NCBI GenBank assembly: GCA_934457145.1
Contig: CAKSHP010000009.1
Location: 626-64,625 of the forward strand
Length of the DNA: 64,000 bases
Origin: an uncultured Clostridia bacterium
GTDB taxonomy: Bacteria > Bacillota > Clostridia > UBA1381 > UMGS1253
Direction: 5' to 3'
Part shown: positions 40,091-48,132 of the stretch, in pieces
Layout of the letters: every line of letters starts with the position of its first letter
Position numbering within the stretch: position 1 is the first letter of the stretch
Translations under genes and position numbers: made by a program
The notes under the pieces: model-generated
What the model saw: only the letters and a program-made list of their open reading frames with translations
The model's database searches: none
What the model was told of the DNA's origin: nothing

Positions 40091-40750
40091 TTATTTTATT
40101 CGTTTGTCGGACAGTTTGGCAAGCGCCATGCCCAACTCCTGAAATATTTGAACAATGACTACCAGCAAAAGCACCGTAATCATCATTACATCATTTTGAT
40201 AACGGTAATAACCGTAGTTAATGCCTATTGCGCCCAAACCGCCGCCGCCTACAAAGCCTGCCATTGCAGAGTAACCCAAAATGGTTGTAATGGCAATTGC
40301 AGCGCCCGTTATAAGAGAGGGCGTTGCCTCGGGAATAAGCACTTTATAAATAATCTGAAATGCATTAGAGCCCATCGACTCCGCAGCTTCTATAACGCCT
40401 AAGTCAACCTCTTTTAAAGATGATTCAACCATTCTTGCAACAAACGGTGCCGACGCTATAACAAGCGGAACAATTGTTGCCGTTGAGCCTATGGTTGTGC
40501 CGATAAGCCAGCGCGTGAACGGAAGTATCGCAACGAGCAAGATGATAAACGGAACCGAGCGCAAAAGATTTATTATAACGCCCAAAACAGTGTTTATTAT
40601 TTTGTTTCTGCAAATTCCGTCTTTGTCCGTTATATATAATATAATGCCCAAAGGAAGACCGAAAACATATGCCAAAGCTGTTGAAACGATAACCATATAC
40701 AGCGTTTCCAAAACGCCGTTTATAAGCAAATCAATTATTGATTGTGTCAT
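40091..40750 (-). CDS. metI: Methionine ABC transporter permease
   Basis: 219 aa, 5 TM. The EAA-like loop reads VDLGVIEAAESMGSNAFQIIYKVLIPEA. Confidence 0.9.
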   Translation of the reverse strand: MTQSIIDLLINGVLETLYMVIVSTALAYVFGLPLGIILYITDKDGICRNKIINTVLGVIINLLRSVPFIILLVAILPFTRWLIGTTIGSTATIVPLVIASAPFVARMVESSLKEVDLGVIEAAESMGSNAFQIIYKVLIPEATPSLITGAAIAITTILGYSAMAGFVGGGGLGAIGINYGYYRYQNDVMMITVLLLVVIVQIFQELGMALAKLSDKRIK

Positions 40751-41744
40751 CTTTTCTTTCCTCCTCTTTGTAGATTAAATTTTTGTTTTTTAAATATTCG
40801 AGCACCCTTTTTGAATCCTCCTCGCTTTCGGGCAGCTGCAAAACCATTTGTCCGTAAGCTATGCCGTCTATAGTTTGAGTGTTTGCCGCCAAAATATTTA
40901 CCGCCGCGTGACATTCAAACGCAAGGTTTGAAATTGTCGGCTCAAAGGCGGAGGCGCCGTCGAAAACAATTCTTATGCACTTTTTGCCCGCCATGCGCTC
41001 TATTGCCTCGGTTTTCGGCAAGATAAGCTCTTTTGCAATCTGCGATTTCGGACGCATAAAAATTTCTTTAACGCTTCCCTGTTCAACAATGTGGCTTTTG
41101 TCTATAACGGCAACCTTGTTGCATATCTGCTCAATAACTTTCATTTCATGAGTTATAACAACAATTGTAACGTTCATTTTTTTGTTGATATCTTTTAAAA
41201 GCTGCAAAATCGAGCGTGTCGTGTTAGGATCAAGCGCGCTTGTTGCCTCGTCGCAAAGCAAAACCTTCGGATTTGTTGCAAGCGCCCTTGCAATGGCAAC
41301 TCTTTGTTTTTGTCCGCCGGAAAGCTGAGCCGGATACGAATTTGCTTTATCCGAAAGTCCGACAAGCTCTAAAAGCTCTTTTGCTCTTTTTTTTGCTTCG
41401 TGCGACGGTACTTTTGCAATTTCAAGCGGATAACATATGTTTTTTAAAACGGTTCTCTGCGCTAAAAGGTTAAAGCCCTGAAAAATCATTGACATAGACT
41501 GTCTTGTTTTTAAAAGCTCTTTTTTTGAAAGCTTTGAAAGGTCTTTGCCGTCAAAAACAACCGTTCCGCCGGTCGGAATTTCAAGATAGTTTATACAGCG
41601 TACAAGCGTGCTCTTGCCGGCGCCCGACAAACCGATTATCCCGAAAATATCGCCCTTTTCGATGTCTAAATTGATATCTTTGATTGCTTCAACGCTGTTT
41701 TCGCCGCTTCCGTAAACCTTTGTGAGGTTTTGTAGTTTAATCAA
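40731..41744 (-). CDS. metN: Methionine ABC transporter ATP-binding protein with C-terminal NIL domain
   Basis: Walker A GLSGAGKST, signature LSGGQKQR, Walker B LLCDEATSALD. TTG start with a GGGGAG RBS. A 20-bp overlap with metI supports operon structure. Confidence 0.9.
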   Translation of the reverse strand: MIKLQNLTKVYGSGENSVEAIKDINLDIEKGDIFGIIGLSGAGKSTLVRCINYLEIPTGGTVVFDGKDLSKLSKKELLKTRQSMSMIFQGFNLLAQRTVLKNICYPLEIAKVPSHEAKKRAKELLELVGLSDKANSYPAQLSGGQKQRVAIARALATNPKVLLCDEATSALDPNTTRSILQLLKDINKKMNVTIVVITHEMKVIEQICNKVAVIDKSHIVEQGSVKEIFMRPKSQIAKELILPKTEAIERMAGKKCIRIVFDGASAFEPTISNLAFECHAAVNILAANTQTIDGIAYGQMVLQLPESEEDSKRVLEYLKNKNLIYKEEERKDDTINN

Positions 41745-41779
41745 AGTTTGTTCACTCCCCCAAATATAGTTGCCGTATA

Positions 41780-41810
41780 ATAAAAACGGCAGGATATCTG
41801 CGCTCCTGCC
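41780..41810 (-). terminator. Leader terminator (attenuator) between the leader ORF and metN
   Basis: On the minus strand: GGCAGGA (41810-41804), loop GCGCAGAUA, UCCUGCC (41794-41788), then GUUUUUAUUAU. It lies 44 nt upstream of the metN TTG. Confidence 0.7.
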
Positions 41811-41849
41811 AAAATAATATTCATCAAAATTATTAAAAAGATGAAATAA

Positions 41850-41936
41850 TTATATGATAGAACGCGCTGCAAAAAGATATGTATCCATGCACATATCCAT
41901 AAAACACATACCACATGTCATACAAAGCTTTTTCAT
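41850..41936 (-). CDS. 28-codon Met/Cys-rich leader ORF (MKKLCMTCGMCFMDMCMDTYLFAARSII)
   Basis: Not in the ORF track because it is under 60 aa. ATG is at 41936. AAGGAGG lies 8 nt upstream. Ten of 28 codons are AUG or UGY. Stop is TAA at 41852-41850. Confidence 0.55.
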   Translation of the reverse strand: MKKLCMTCGMCFMDMCMDTYLFAARSII

Positions 41937-41984
41937 ATTCAGCGCCTCCTTTTTTAAATACTACTAATTCACTATGTTTAGTTT

Positions 41985-42013
41985 ATTATAGCACCGGGAC
42001 GCCTGTATGTCAA
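41985..42013 (-). promoter_or_regulatory. Consensus sigma-A promoter of the met leader/metNIQ operon
   Basis: On the minus strand: TTGACA (42013-42008), 17-nt spacer, TATAAT (41990-41985). Both hexamers match the consensus perfectly. Confidence 0.7.
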
Positions 42014-42094
42014 CAAAAAATTAGCTTCTAATTCTGTTTTTTGCAGATAACTTAAAAAGTTATCTGCAAATATGTTTTAAATGCATAAAATTTA

Positions 42095-43855
42095 TTATTT
42101 AAGTCTGTCTGCCATAGTGTAAAATTTAGCATATATTCCGTTTTCGCGCATCAAAAAATCATGAGTGCCGCTTTCGGCAATGCCGTCGCAGGTTAAAACC
42201 AAAATTCTGTCGGAATTTTTTATGCTTGAAAGACGGTGCGCAATGGTGATGGTTGTGCGCCCCTGTGCAAGAGCGTTTAAAGATTTTGCAACTTCAAACT
42301 CGCTTTCGTTGTCAAGAGCGCTCGTTGCTTCGTCTAAAATGATAATCGGCGGATTTTTTAAAAATATGCGCGCGATGCTTATGCGTTGTTTCTGTCCGCC
42401 GGAGAGCTTTACGCCTCTTTCGCCGACATAGGTGTTATATCCGTCTTTTAGCTTTGATATAAACTCATCTGCGCCGGCGCGGCGTGCCGCTTCTTTCACT
42501 TCTTCAAAAGAAGAACCCGGTTTTCCGTAAGAAATATTTTCAAAAACCGTTCCGGAAAATAAATAAACGTCCTGCTGAACCATGCCGATGTTTCGGCGAA
42601 GGCTTTTTAGCGTAAATTCTTTAATATCGTGACCGTCGATAAAAATGGTTCCTCCGGTGGTGTCGTAAAAACGGGGAATAAGGTTGCAAAGGGTTGTTTT
42701 TCCGCCACCCGACGGACCGACTATTGCCACTTTTTCGCCGGGGCTGACGCTAAGATTTAAGTTTTTAAACACCGTATTGTGATCGTCGGGATATTCAAAG
42801 GAAACATTTTTAAAAACGATATTTCCCTTTGGCGATACCATCTCTTTTGCGTCCGGCGAATCAAAAATTTCAATATCGGAGTCTATTATTTGCAAAAACC
42901 TTTCTATTCCCGTCATACCGCGCTGAAATTGCTCGGTAAACTCTATTATTTTGCGGATTGTGGTAATCAGCGTTGAAACATACATAACATATGCAACCAT
43001 ATCACCCGGCAAAATACTGCCGTTTACCAGAAATATTCCGCCGCCGATAATTACGGCTAAATACATAAGTCCGTCAAACACGCGCGTTGAGGTTTGAAAA
43101 AGCCCCATTATTTTATAGGTGTGCTGTTTGATGTCGAAAAAATTTTGGTTTCCTTTTTCAAACTTATTAATTTCCAAGTCCTCGTTTGCAAAAGCTCTAA
43201 CAACCTTTTGCCCGAGAAGAGTATCTTCAATATCCGCGTTAAGCTCGCCTATCTGATAGCGCTGTTTTGCAAAGGCGCTGCGCATTTTTTTATTTATTTT
43301 TTTGCATACAATAAACATAACCGGAACAAATATAAATATCATCAGCGTTAAAAGAAAGTTTATGTTTGCAAGTATTATAAACGAAAAAACTATCTTAACC
43401 CCGGCGATAAAAATTTCCTCCGGGCAATGGTGGGCAAACTCTGTTATGTCAAATAAATCGTTTGTTATGCGCCCCATTATCTGCCCTACTTTTGTGTTGT
43501 TAAAATATGAATCGGACAGCTTCTGAAGATGCGCATAAGCATCGCGGCGCATATCCGTTTCGATTTTTGTGCCCATGATATGACCCGTGCTTGCCATGTA
43601 GTAGTTTGCGAAGCTGTCGATAATTCTTAAAACAAAATATAAAAAACCGAGCGACAAAACGGTTTGCATGGTTAAAAGAGCCGTGTCTTTTAAGGCGGTG
43701 TTTGTTATGTAGCGAATTATCATCGGCAGCACTATTTCACACACCGTTGTCAGCGACGCGCAAAATAAATCTGCAATCAATGTTTTTACATACGGTTTAA
43801 AATACGGAGAAAACCGCATTATCAGTTCTTTGTTTGAATAGCTTTTGTTTTCCAT
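42095..43855 (-). CDS. ABC transporter, fused permease/ATPase (MsbA/multidrug-exporter type)
   Basis: 586 aa. Six N-terminal TM segments, Walker A GPSGGGKTT, signature LSGGQKQR, Walker B IIILDEATSALD. Confidence 0.85.
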   Translation of the reverse strand: MENKSYSNKELIMRFSPYFKPYVKTLIADLFCASLTTVCEIVLPMIIRYITNTALKDTALLTMQTVLSLGFLYFVLRIIDSFANYYMASTGHIMGTKIETDMRRDAYAHLQKLSDSYFNNTKVGQIMGRITNDLFDITEFAHHCPEEIFIAGVKIVFSFIILANINFLLTLMIFIFVPVMFIVCKKINKKMRSAFAKQRYQIGELNADIEDTLLGQKVVRAFANEDLEINKFEKGNQNFFDIKQHTYKIMGLFQTSTRVFDGLMYLAVIIGGGIFLVNGSILPGDMVAYVMYVSTLITTIRKIIEFTEQFQRGMTGIERFLQIIDSDIEIFDSPDAKEMVSPKGNIVFKNVSFEYPDDHNTVFKNLNLSVSPGEKVAIVGPSGGGKTTLCNLIPRFYDTTGGTIFIDGHDIKEFTLKSLRRNIGMVQQDVYLFSGTVFENISYGKPGSSFEEVKEAARRAGADEFISKLKDGYNTYVGERGVKLSGGQKQRISIARIFLKNPPIIILDEATSALDNESEFEVAKSLNALAQGRTTITIAHRLSSIKNSDRILVLTCDGIAESGTHDFLMRENGIYAKFYTMADRLK

Positions 43856-44120
43856 TTTTTATCCTCTTTAAATAATAATCAAAAACATTTTATCACAATC
43901 AAAAGCGTTTTTCAACAAAAATTATTGCAAAGCGGCAAAATGAACGAAAAAAAACGTCTTACGGGAAAATTTTAATTATTATTTATTAAATAGGAAGAAA
44001 AAGAAAAAAATAAAAAAAATAAAAAATTTTTTTATTTTAATGCAACTTTTCGGGCTTTTAAAATGTATTATAAGTGAAAAGGGTAAAACACCTAAAAAAA
44101 TTCATAAAAGGAAAAGAGGA

Positions 44121-45686
44121 ATGAAAATGAAAAAAATTATTTCAATTGCTTTAACGGCAGCAATGGTATTTTCATCAATGGTATTTACTGCTTTTGCAGA
44201 AGATGAAGAAAACGGCGTTGTACCGATTTCGGCGCCTGTGGATTCTTCAAAACCTGTACCGATTTCAGCTCCGGTGGATTCTTCGGAAGCACCCGTGCAG
44301 AATATAGAAAAGGTTACATATAACGGCACTGTTGAAGAAGCCGGCGAAGGTTATATCACATTAAAGGAAGAAAAAATTCAGCTTAACTATGATGAAAGCA
44401 CTCTTGTTTGCGACTACGACTTTATGCCTTATGAGAGCATAAAGGCAGGCGACAGCGTAACGGTTGTTGCAGACACAGTTACAACAATGAGCATACCGGC
44501 TCAGTCTTATGCATACTACATTTTGGTTAACACCAAAAATTCTTCGGCAGCGCCGATATATGCAAAGGTTTTGTCAAATGACGGCAAAGAGATAATGTCT
44601 GCGGATAATCAGAACAAAATTATTATCTCAGACGAAACTCCCACATCTCACTACAGAGCAAAAATAAAAATAATGGCAAAAGATATTCCCGCGGGTTCTG
44701 AAATATTTGCATTTGCGACAACCGTAGGTCTTAGCATGCCGGCATATGTGCCCGCAGAGAAAATTGTTGTAATAAACATGGGAGAAGAAGCAAAAGAGCC
44801 TTCAGAAGGCGCAGAAAATATAACAATTTCAAAACCTGCTGATACCGACAGCGTTACATATAACGGCACTGTTGAAGAAGCCGGCGAAGGTTATATCACA
44901 TTAAAGGAAGAAAAAATTCAGCTTAACTATGATGAAAGCACTCTTGTTTGCGACTACGACTTTATGCCTTATGAGAGCATAAAGGCAGGCGACAGCGTAA
45001 CGGTTGTTGCAGACACGGTTACAACAATGAGCATACCGGCTCAGTCTTATGCATACTACATTTTGGTTAATACCAAAAATTCTTCGGCAGCGCCGATATA
45101 TGCAAAGGTTTTGTCAAATGACGGCAAAGAGATAATGTCTGCAGATAATCAGAACAAAATTATTATCTCAGACGATACCCCCACAGCTCATTACAGAGCA
45201 AAAATAAAAATAATGGCAAAAGATATTCCCGCGGGTTCTGAAATATTTGCTTTTGCAGAAACTGTAGGTCTTAGTATTCCGGCATATGTTGCACCCGAGA
45301 AAATCACGGTTGTAAACCTTGCCCAGGATACGGCTGCGGCAGATGTTGAAAAAATTATTGTTGACGATAAAACATATGAGGTATCGTTTAACTTTGAAAA
45401 AAAAGAAGAATTCGGCGAAAACCCAACTGCAAGATTTGCGTTAAGGCCGGTTTGCGAAGCTTTGGGCTATGATGTTTCCTGGGTTGGCGAAACGCAGAGC
45501 ATCGTTCTTTCAAAAGGCGGAAAAGACGTAAGCTTGGATATTGGCGTTGCAGTGCAGAAAATCGGCCACACACCGATGATTATTGACGGCAAAACATATG
45601 TTACACTTTCTTTGTTTAAAGTTTTATACGGAGATGAGGCAGAAGTTTCACTTAAAGACAACGCAGTAGTTGTTACAACAAAGTAA
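44121..45686 (+). CDS. Secreted protein with an internally duplicated 180-aa unit and a C-terminal Cu-amine-oxidase-N-like domain
   Basis: ATG 44121 is preferred (AAGAGGA RBS; signal peptide MKMKKIISIALTAAMVFSSMVFTAFA). The C-terminus RFALRPVCEALGYDVSWVGETQSIVL...IIDGKTYVTLSLF is stalk-like. Confidence 0.8.
   Translation: MKMKKIISIALTAAMVFSSMVFTAFAEDEENGVVPISAPVDSSKPVPISAPVDSSEAPVQNIEKVTYNGTVEEAGEGYITLKEEKIQLNYDESTLVCDYDFMPYESIKAGDSVTVVADTVTTMSIPAQSYAYYILVNTKNSSAAPIYAKVLSNDGKEIMSADNQNKIIISDETPTSHYRAKIKIMAKDIPAGSEIFAFATTVGLSMPAYVPAEKIVVINMGEEAKEPSEGAENITISKPADTDSVTYNGTVEEAGEGYITLKEEKIQLNYDESTLVCDYDFMPYESIKAGDSVTVVADTVTTMSIPAQSYAYYILVNTKNSSAAPIYAKVLSNDGKEIMSADNQNKIIISDDTPTAHYRAKIKIMAKDIPAGSEIFAFAETVGLSIPAYVAPEKITVVNLAQDTAAADVEKIIVDDKTYEVSFNFEKKEEFGENPTARFALRPVCEALGYDVSWVGETQSIVLSKGGKDVSLDIGVAVQKIGHTPMIIDGKTYVTLSLFKVLYGDEAEVSLKDNAVVVTTK
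44313..44780 (+). repeat. Intragenic tandem repeat, unit 1
   Basis: The offset to unit 2 is exactly 540 bp. Only 3 substitutions were seen by eye in the first roughly 330 bp, and divergence rises toward the 3' end. Confidence 0.9.
44853..45320 (+). repeat. Intragenic tandem repeat, unit 2
   Basis: See unit 1. Both encode VTYNGTVEEAGEGYITLKEEKIQLNYDESTLVCDYDFMPYESIKAGDSVTVVADTVTTMSIPAQSYAYYILVNTKNSSAAPIYAKVLSNDGKEIMSADNQNKIIISD... Confidence 0.9.
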
Positions 45687-45703
45687 ATCCCTTCCCTTTT
45701 TTC

Positions 45704-45748
45704 GGGGGCGCGCCGGCGCAAAAAGCCGGTGCGCCCCCGGCTTTTTTT
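45704..45748 (+). terminator. GC-rich rho-independent terminator
   Basis: GGGGGCGCGCCGGC (45704-45717) pairs with GCCGGTGCGCCCCC (45725-45738), followed by GGCTTTTTTT. Confidence 0.85.
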
Positions 45749-45853
45749 ATGCATAACGGCAAAATATATCTCATATATATTACAAAGGAAAGTTTTAAAA
45801 ATCTTAAGGTCTGCCAAAAAGCTTTATTACGGCGGACGGAAAGGCGAATATGT

Positions 45854-47413
45854 ATGGATATAAAAAAAGAAACGATAACAGTCAGCGAAACTGTTATGAG
45901 AACAAATGAAAAAGTGCTTGTGAGTTCGGATATTATTGTGCCGGATGTGAAAAGCGATATTGCAAAGGTTCTGCGCCTTGATGCAGACGCAATTGTGGAA
46001 AGCTGCACCTACACCGGATCCCATATAGAAATTGACGGCAAAATATATCTCACAATTTTATATGTTCCGGAAAATAACGAAAATCAGCCCGTTTGCTCGA
46101 TAGTAACGGACATACCTTTTGAAACGCAGATAGAAGATTCGCGCCTTACGGAGGGAGTAAAGGCTGTTTGCAAGGCGGATGTTTATAATATAGAATTTAA
46201 TCTTTTAAACTCCAGAAAGCTTTGCGCAAAAACGCTGGTCGACTTAAATCTGCACGTGATAAGACTAAAACAGGAGGATTTTGTTGTTTCAATGGACGAT
46301 AGCTCCTTTGAAGTTTATGACGACAGTGCGAAAATTTTTTCTTTGATTGATTTTAAAAACACAAAATTCACAGCCGAGGAGGTTTTGGATTTTCCGAGCG
46401 GAAAACCGGGTGCGGTTTCGGTTTTAAAAACCGACGTTAGGCTCATGGATTATCAAACGCATATAATAACCGGCAAAATCATAGTAAAGGGCAGCGTTGA
46501 AAGCTGCTGCTTATATGTGGGCGACAACGGCAAAATAGAATTTGTGAACCACGAAATACCGTTTACGGAGGTGATTGACGCTTCGGGCGTTAATGAAAAC
46601 AGTATTTGCGATTTAACGCTCGGAGTGTGTGTATCGTCGGCAAGGCTTCGCGCCGATTCTGACGGAGATATGAGGCTTTTGGAGCTTGAGATGCTTTTTT
46701 CCGCCGAGGTTTTGGCATATGAGCAAAGCGAAATAAAATTAATATCCGATTGCTTTTCCGTAAGCGACAACGCAGTTTGCAAACAAAAGAAAATAAACCT
46801 TGAAAAACTTGTTTACAGCGAATGTTTAAGAAAAGACATAAAGGGCAGCATAGTGCTTGGCGAAAACATGCCCCCGGTTGAAACGGTTTACAATATTCTG
46901 GTTAAGCCGTATATCGAAAAAACAACCGTGTCGGACGGACAGATAAACATAGAGGGCAGCTGCGACTGTTATGCTTTGTATTTAAGCAGCAAGGAAAACA
47001 TGCCGATTTTCAGCGCAATGTCATCTGTGGAGTTTTCGCTTAGCGTTAATTCAAATCAGATAAACGAAAACTGCATATGTTCGGCTGCTGCAAAGGTTAA
47101 TTCATCCTCGTATAACATAACGCTTTCGGGAGAAATTGAGATAAGATGTGCGCTTGATGTGTGCGTGTCTGCAACGGATACATATGAAAAGGAATTTGTG
47201 AGCGAAATTGAGCCGGCGCAAGATGAGCCAAAAAACAAAAGACACGGGGTTTGCGTGTATTTTGTAAAAAAGGGCGACAGCCTTTGGAAGATAGCAAAGA
47301 AATATAAAGTTCCGCTCGGACTTCTGATAAAGTTAAACAAGCTTGAAAACCCGGATTTGATTTATCCCGGTCAGCCTGTTTTGGTGCCTATGCCGCAAAA
47401 GGCATGTAAGTAA
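45854..47413 (+). CDS. DUF3794-repeat protein with C-terminal LysM domain (SipL-like sporulation protein)
   Basis: ATG 45854 is preferred (MDIKKETITVSETV...). The C-terminal LysM reads YFVKKGDSLWKIAKKYKVPLGLLIKLNKLENPDLIYPGQPVLVP. This architecture matches clostridial SipL; the assignment rests on architecture only. Confidence 0.65.
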   Translation: MDIKKETITVSETVMRTNEKVLVSSDIIVPDVKSDIAKVLRLDADAIVESCTYTGSHIEIDGKIYLTILYVPENNENQPVCSIVTDIPFETQIEDSRLTEGVKAVCKADVYNIEFNLLNSRKLCAKTLVDLNLHVIRLKQEDFVVSMDDSSFEVYDDSAKIFSLIDFKNTKFTAEEVLDFPSGKPGAVSVLKTDVRLMDYQTHIITGKIIVKGSVESCCLYVGDNGKIEFVNHEIPFTEVIDASGVNENSICDLTLGVCVSSARLRADSDGDMRLLELEMLFSAEVLAYEQSEIKLISDCFSVSDNAVCKQKKINLEKLVYSECLRKDIKGSIVLGENMPPVETVYNILVKPYIEKTTVSDGQINIEGSCDCYALYLSSKENMPIFSAMSSVEFSLSVNSNQINENCICSAAAKVNSSSYNITLSGEIEIRCALDVCVSATDTYEKEFVSEIEPAQDEPKNKRHGVCVYFVKKGDSLWKIAKKYKVPLGLLIKLNKLENPDLIYPGQPVLVPMPQKACK

Positions 47414-47414
47414 T

Positions 47415-47452
47415 AAAAACCGCCGCTGTTTTTTCCATAGCGGCGGTTTTTT
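47415..47452 (+). terminator. Rho-independent terminator
   Basis: AAAAACCGCCGCT pairs with AGCGGCGGTTTTTT. Confidence 0.9.
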
Positions 47453-47485
47453 GTGTATTTTTGAAAATGGTTTGCGATATATATT

Positions 47486-47564
47486 GTAGGGAAAGGGCTT
47501 GCTCTTTCCGTTTTTGCAATCAGTTTTTATCTGCGTTTGCGGCAGGACGGGGCCCCTGCCCTAC
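47486..47564. repeat. GC-rich structured intergenic repeat, copy A (diverged)
   Basis: GTAGGGAAAGGGCTTGCTCTTTCCG...GCGGCAGGACGGGGCCCCTGCCCTAC. It shares both ends and the internal hairpins with copies B and C. Flanking modules AAAATGGTTTGNNATATATA and TACCTATTCCCTCAAA are also shared with copy C. Confidence 0.8.
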
Positions 47565-47624
47565 AAGATTTTATTTAACTTTTTCACTATTCACTATTAC
47601 CTATTCCCTCAAATCGCCTCTGCC

Positions 47625-47966
47625 CTACAGGGCGGAAAAATATTCTTCTTTACTTACAACTTTAATAAACGGATACTCTTTTTGCAAACGCCGGAGTATA
47701 TTTGCGCTTTCATCATTGCTGCCCATATCGACTGCCGTGAGCGATAAAAACATTTTCTCCCTCGAGGTGAAAAATATTTCTTCTGCCAGAAGCCGCACGG
47801 TGTTTTCTATTGTATCCTCGTCATTTTTAAATTTTACAACGATTTCCGACTTTAAAACTCTGCATTTTTTAATCAGATAAAAGCTGCACAGCATACGAAG
47901 CGCGCTGAAAAGCCCGAAAATCGAAAAAATCCAGAAAAGTGCAGTAAAAACGCTTTCTAAAAACAT
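47625..47966 (-). CDS. Small membrane protein with a GT2-N-terminal-like segment, function unknown
   Basis: 114 aa counted from ATG 47966 (AAAGGA RBS). TM segment FTALFWIFSIFGLFSALRML. The stop codon lies within repeat-related sequence GCCCTACAGGGC. The coding call is weak. Confidence 0.45.
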   Translation of the reverse strand: MFLESVFTALFWIFSIFGLFSALRMLCSFYLIKKCRVLKSEIVVKFKNDEDTIENTVRLLAEEIFFTSREKMFLSLTAVDMGSNDESANILRRLQKEYPFIKVVSKEEYFSAL

Positions 47967-48132
47967 AAAATCCGTCCTTTCTTTGATTTTGGCATATTGC
48001 GGCCGTTTTTTTGATGCCTGTGGTAATATAATATGCAAAAGGAAAAAAATACGTGCTTAAAAAGTGTTGCAATTTTTTCGGTTTTGTTGTATAATCGGTT
48101 ATATAGATTAAGTAGTCAAAGAGGAAAACGTA

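Noticed and set aside
42043-42070. Hairpin TGCAGATAACTT/AAGTTATCTGCA downstream of the ABC exporter gene, considered as its terminator
   Set aside because: The stem is perfect, but on the transcribed (minus) strand it is followed by an A-run rather than a U-tract. It may still stabilise the mRNA or insulate the met promoter, but it is not called a canonical terminator.
45467-46024. Minus-strand ORFs 45467-45817, 45673-46008 and 45827-46024, plus the long N-terminal extension of ORF 45749
   Set aside because: They span a strong terminator hairpin and the intergenic region. The real gene starts at ATG 45854, where the DUF3794-type sequence begins.
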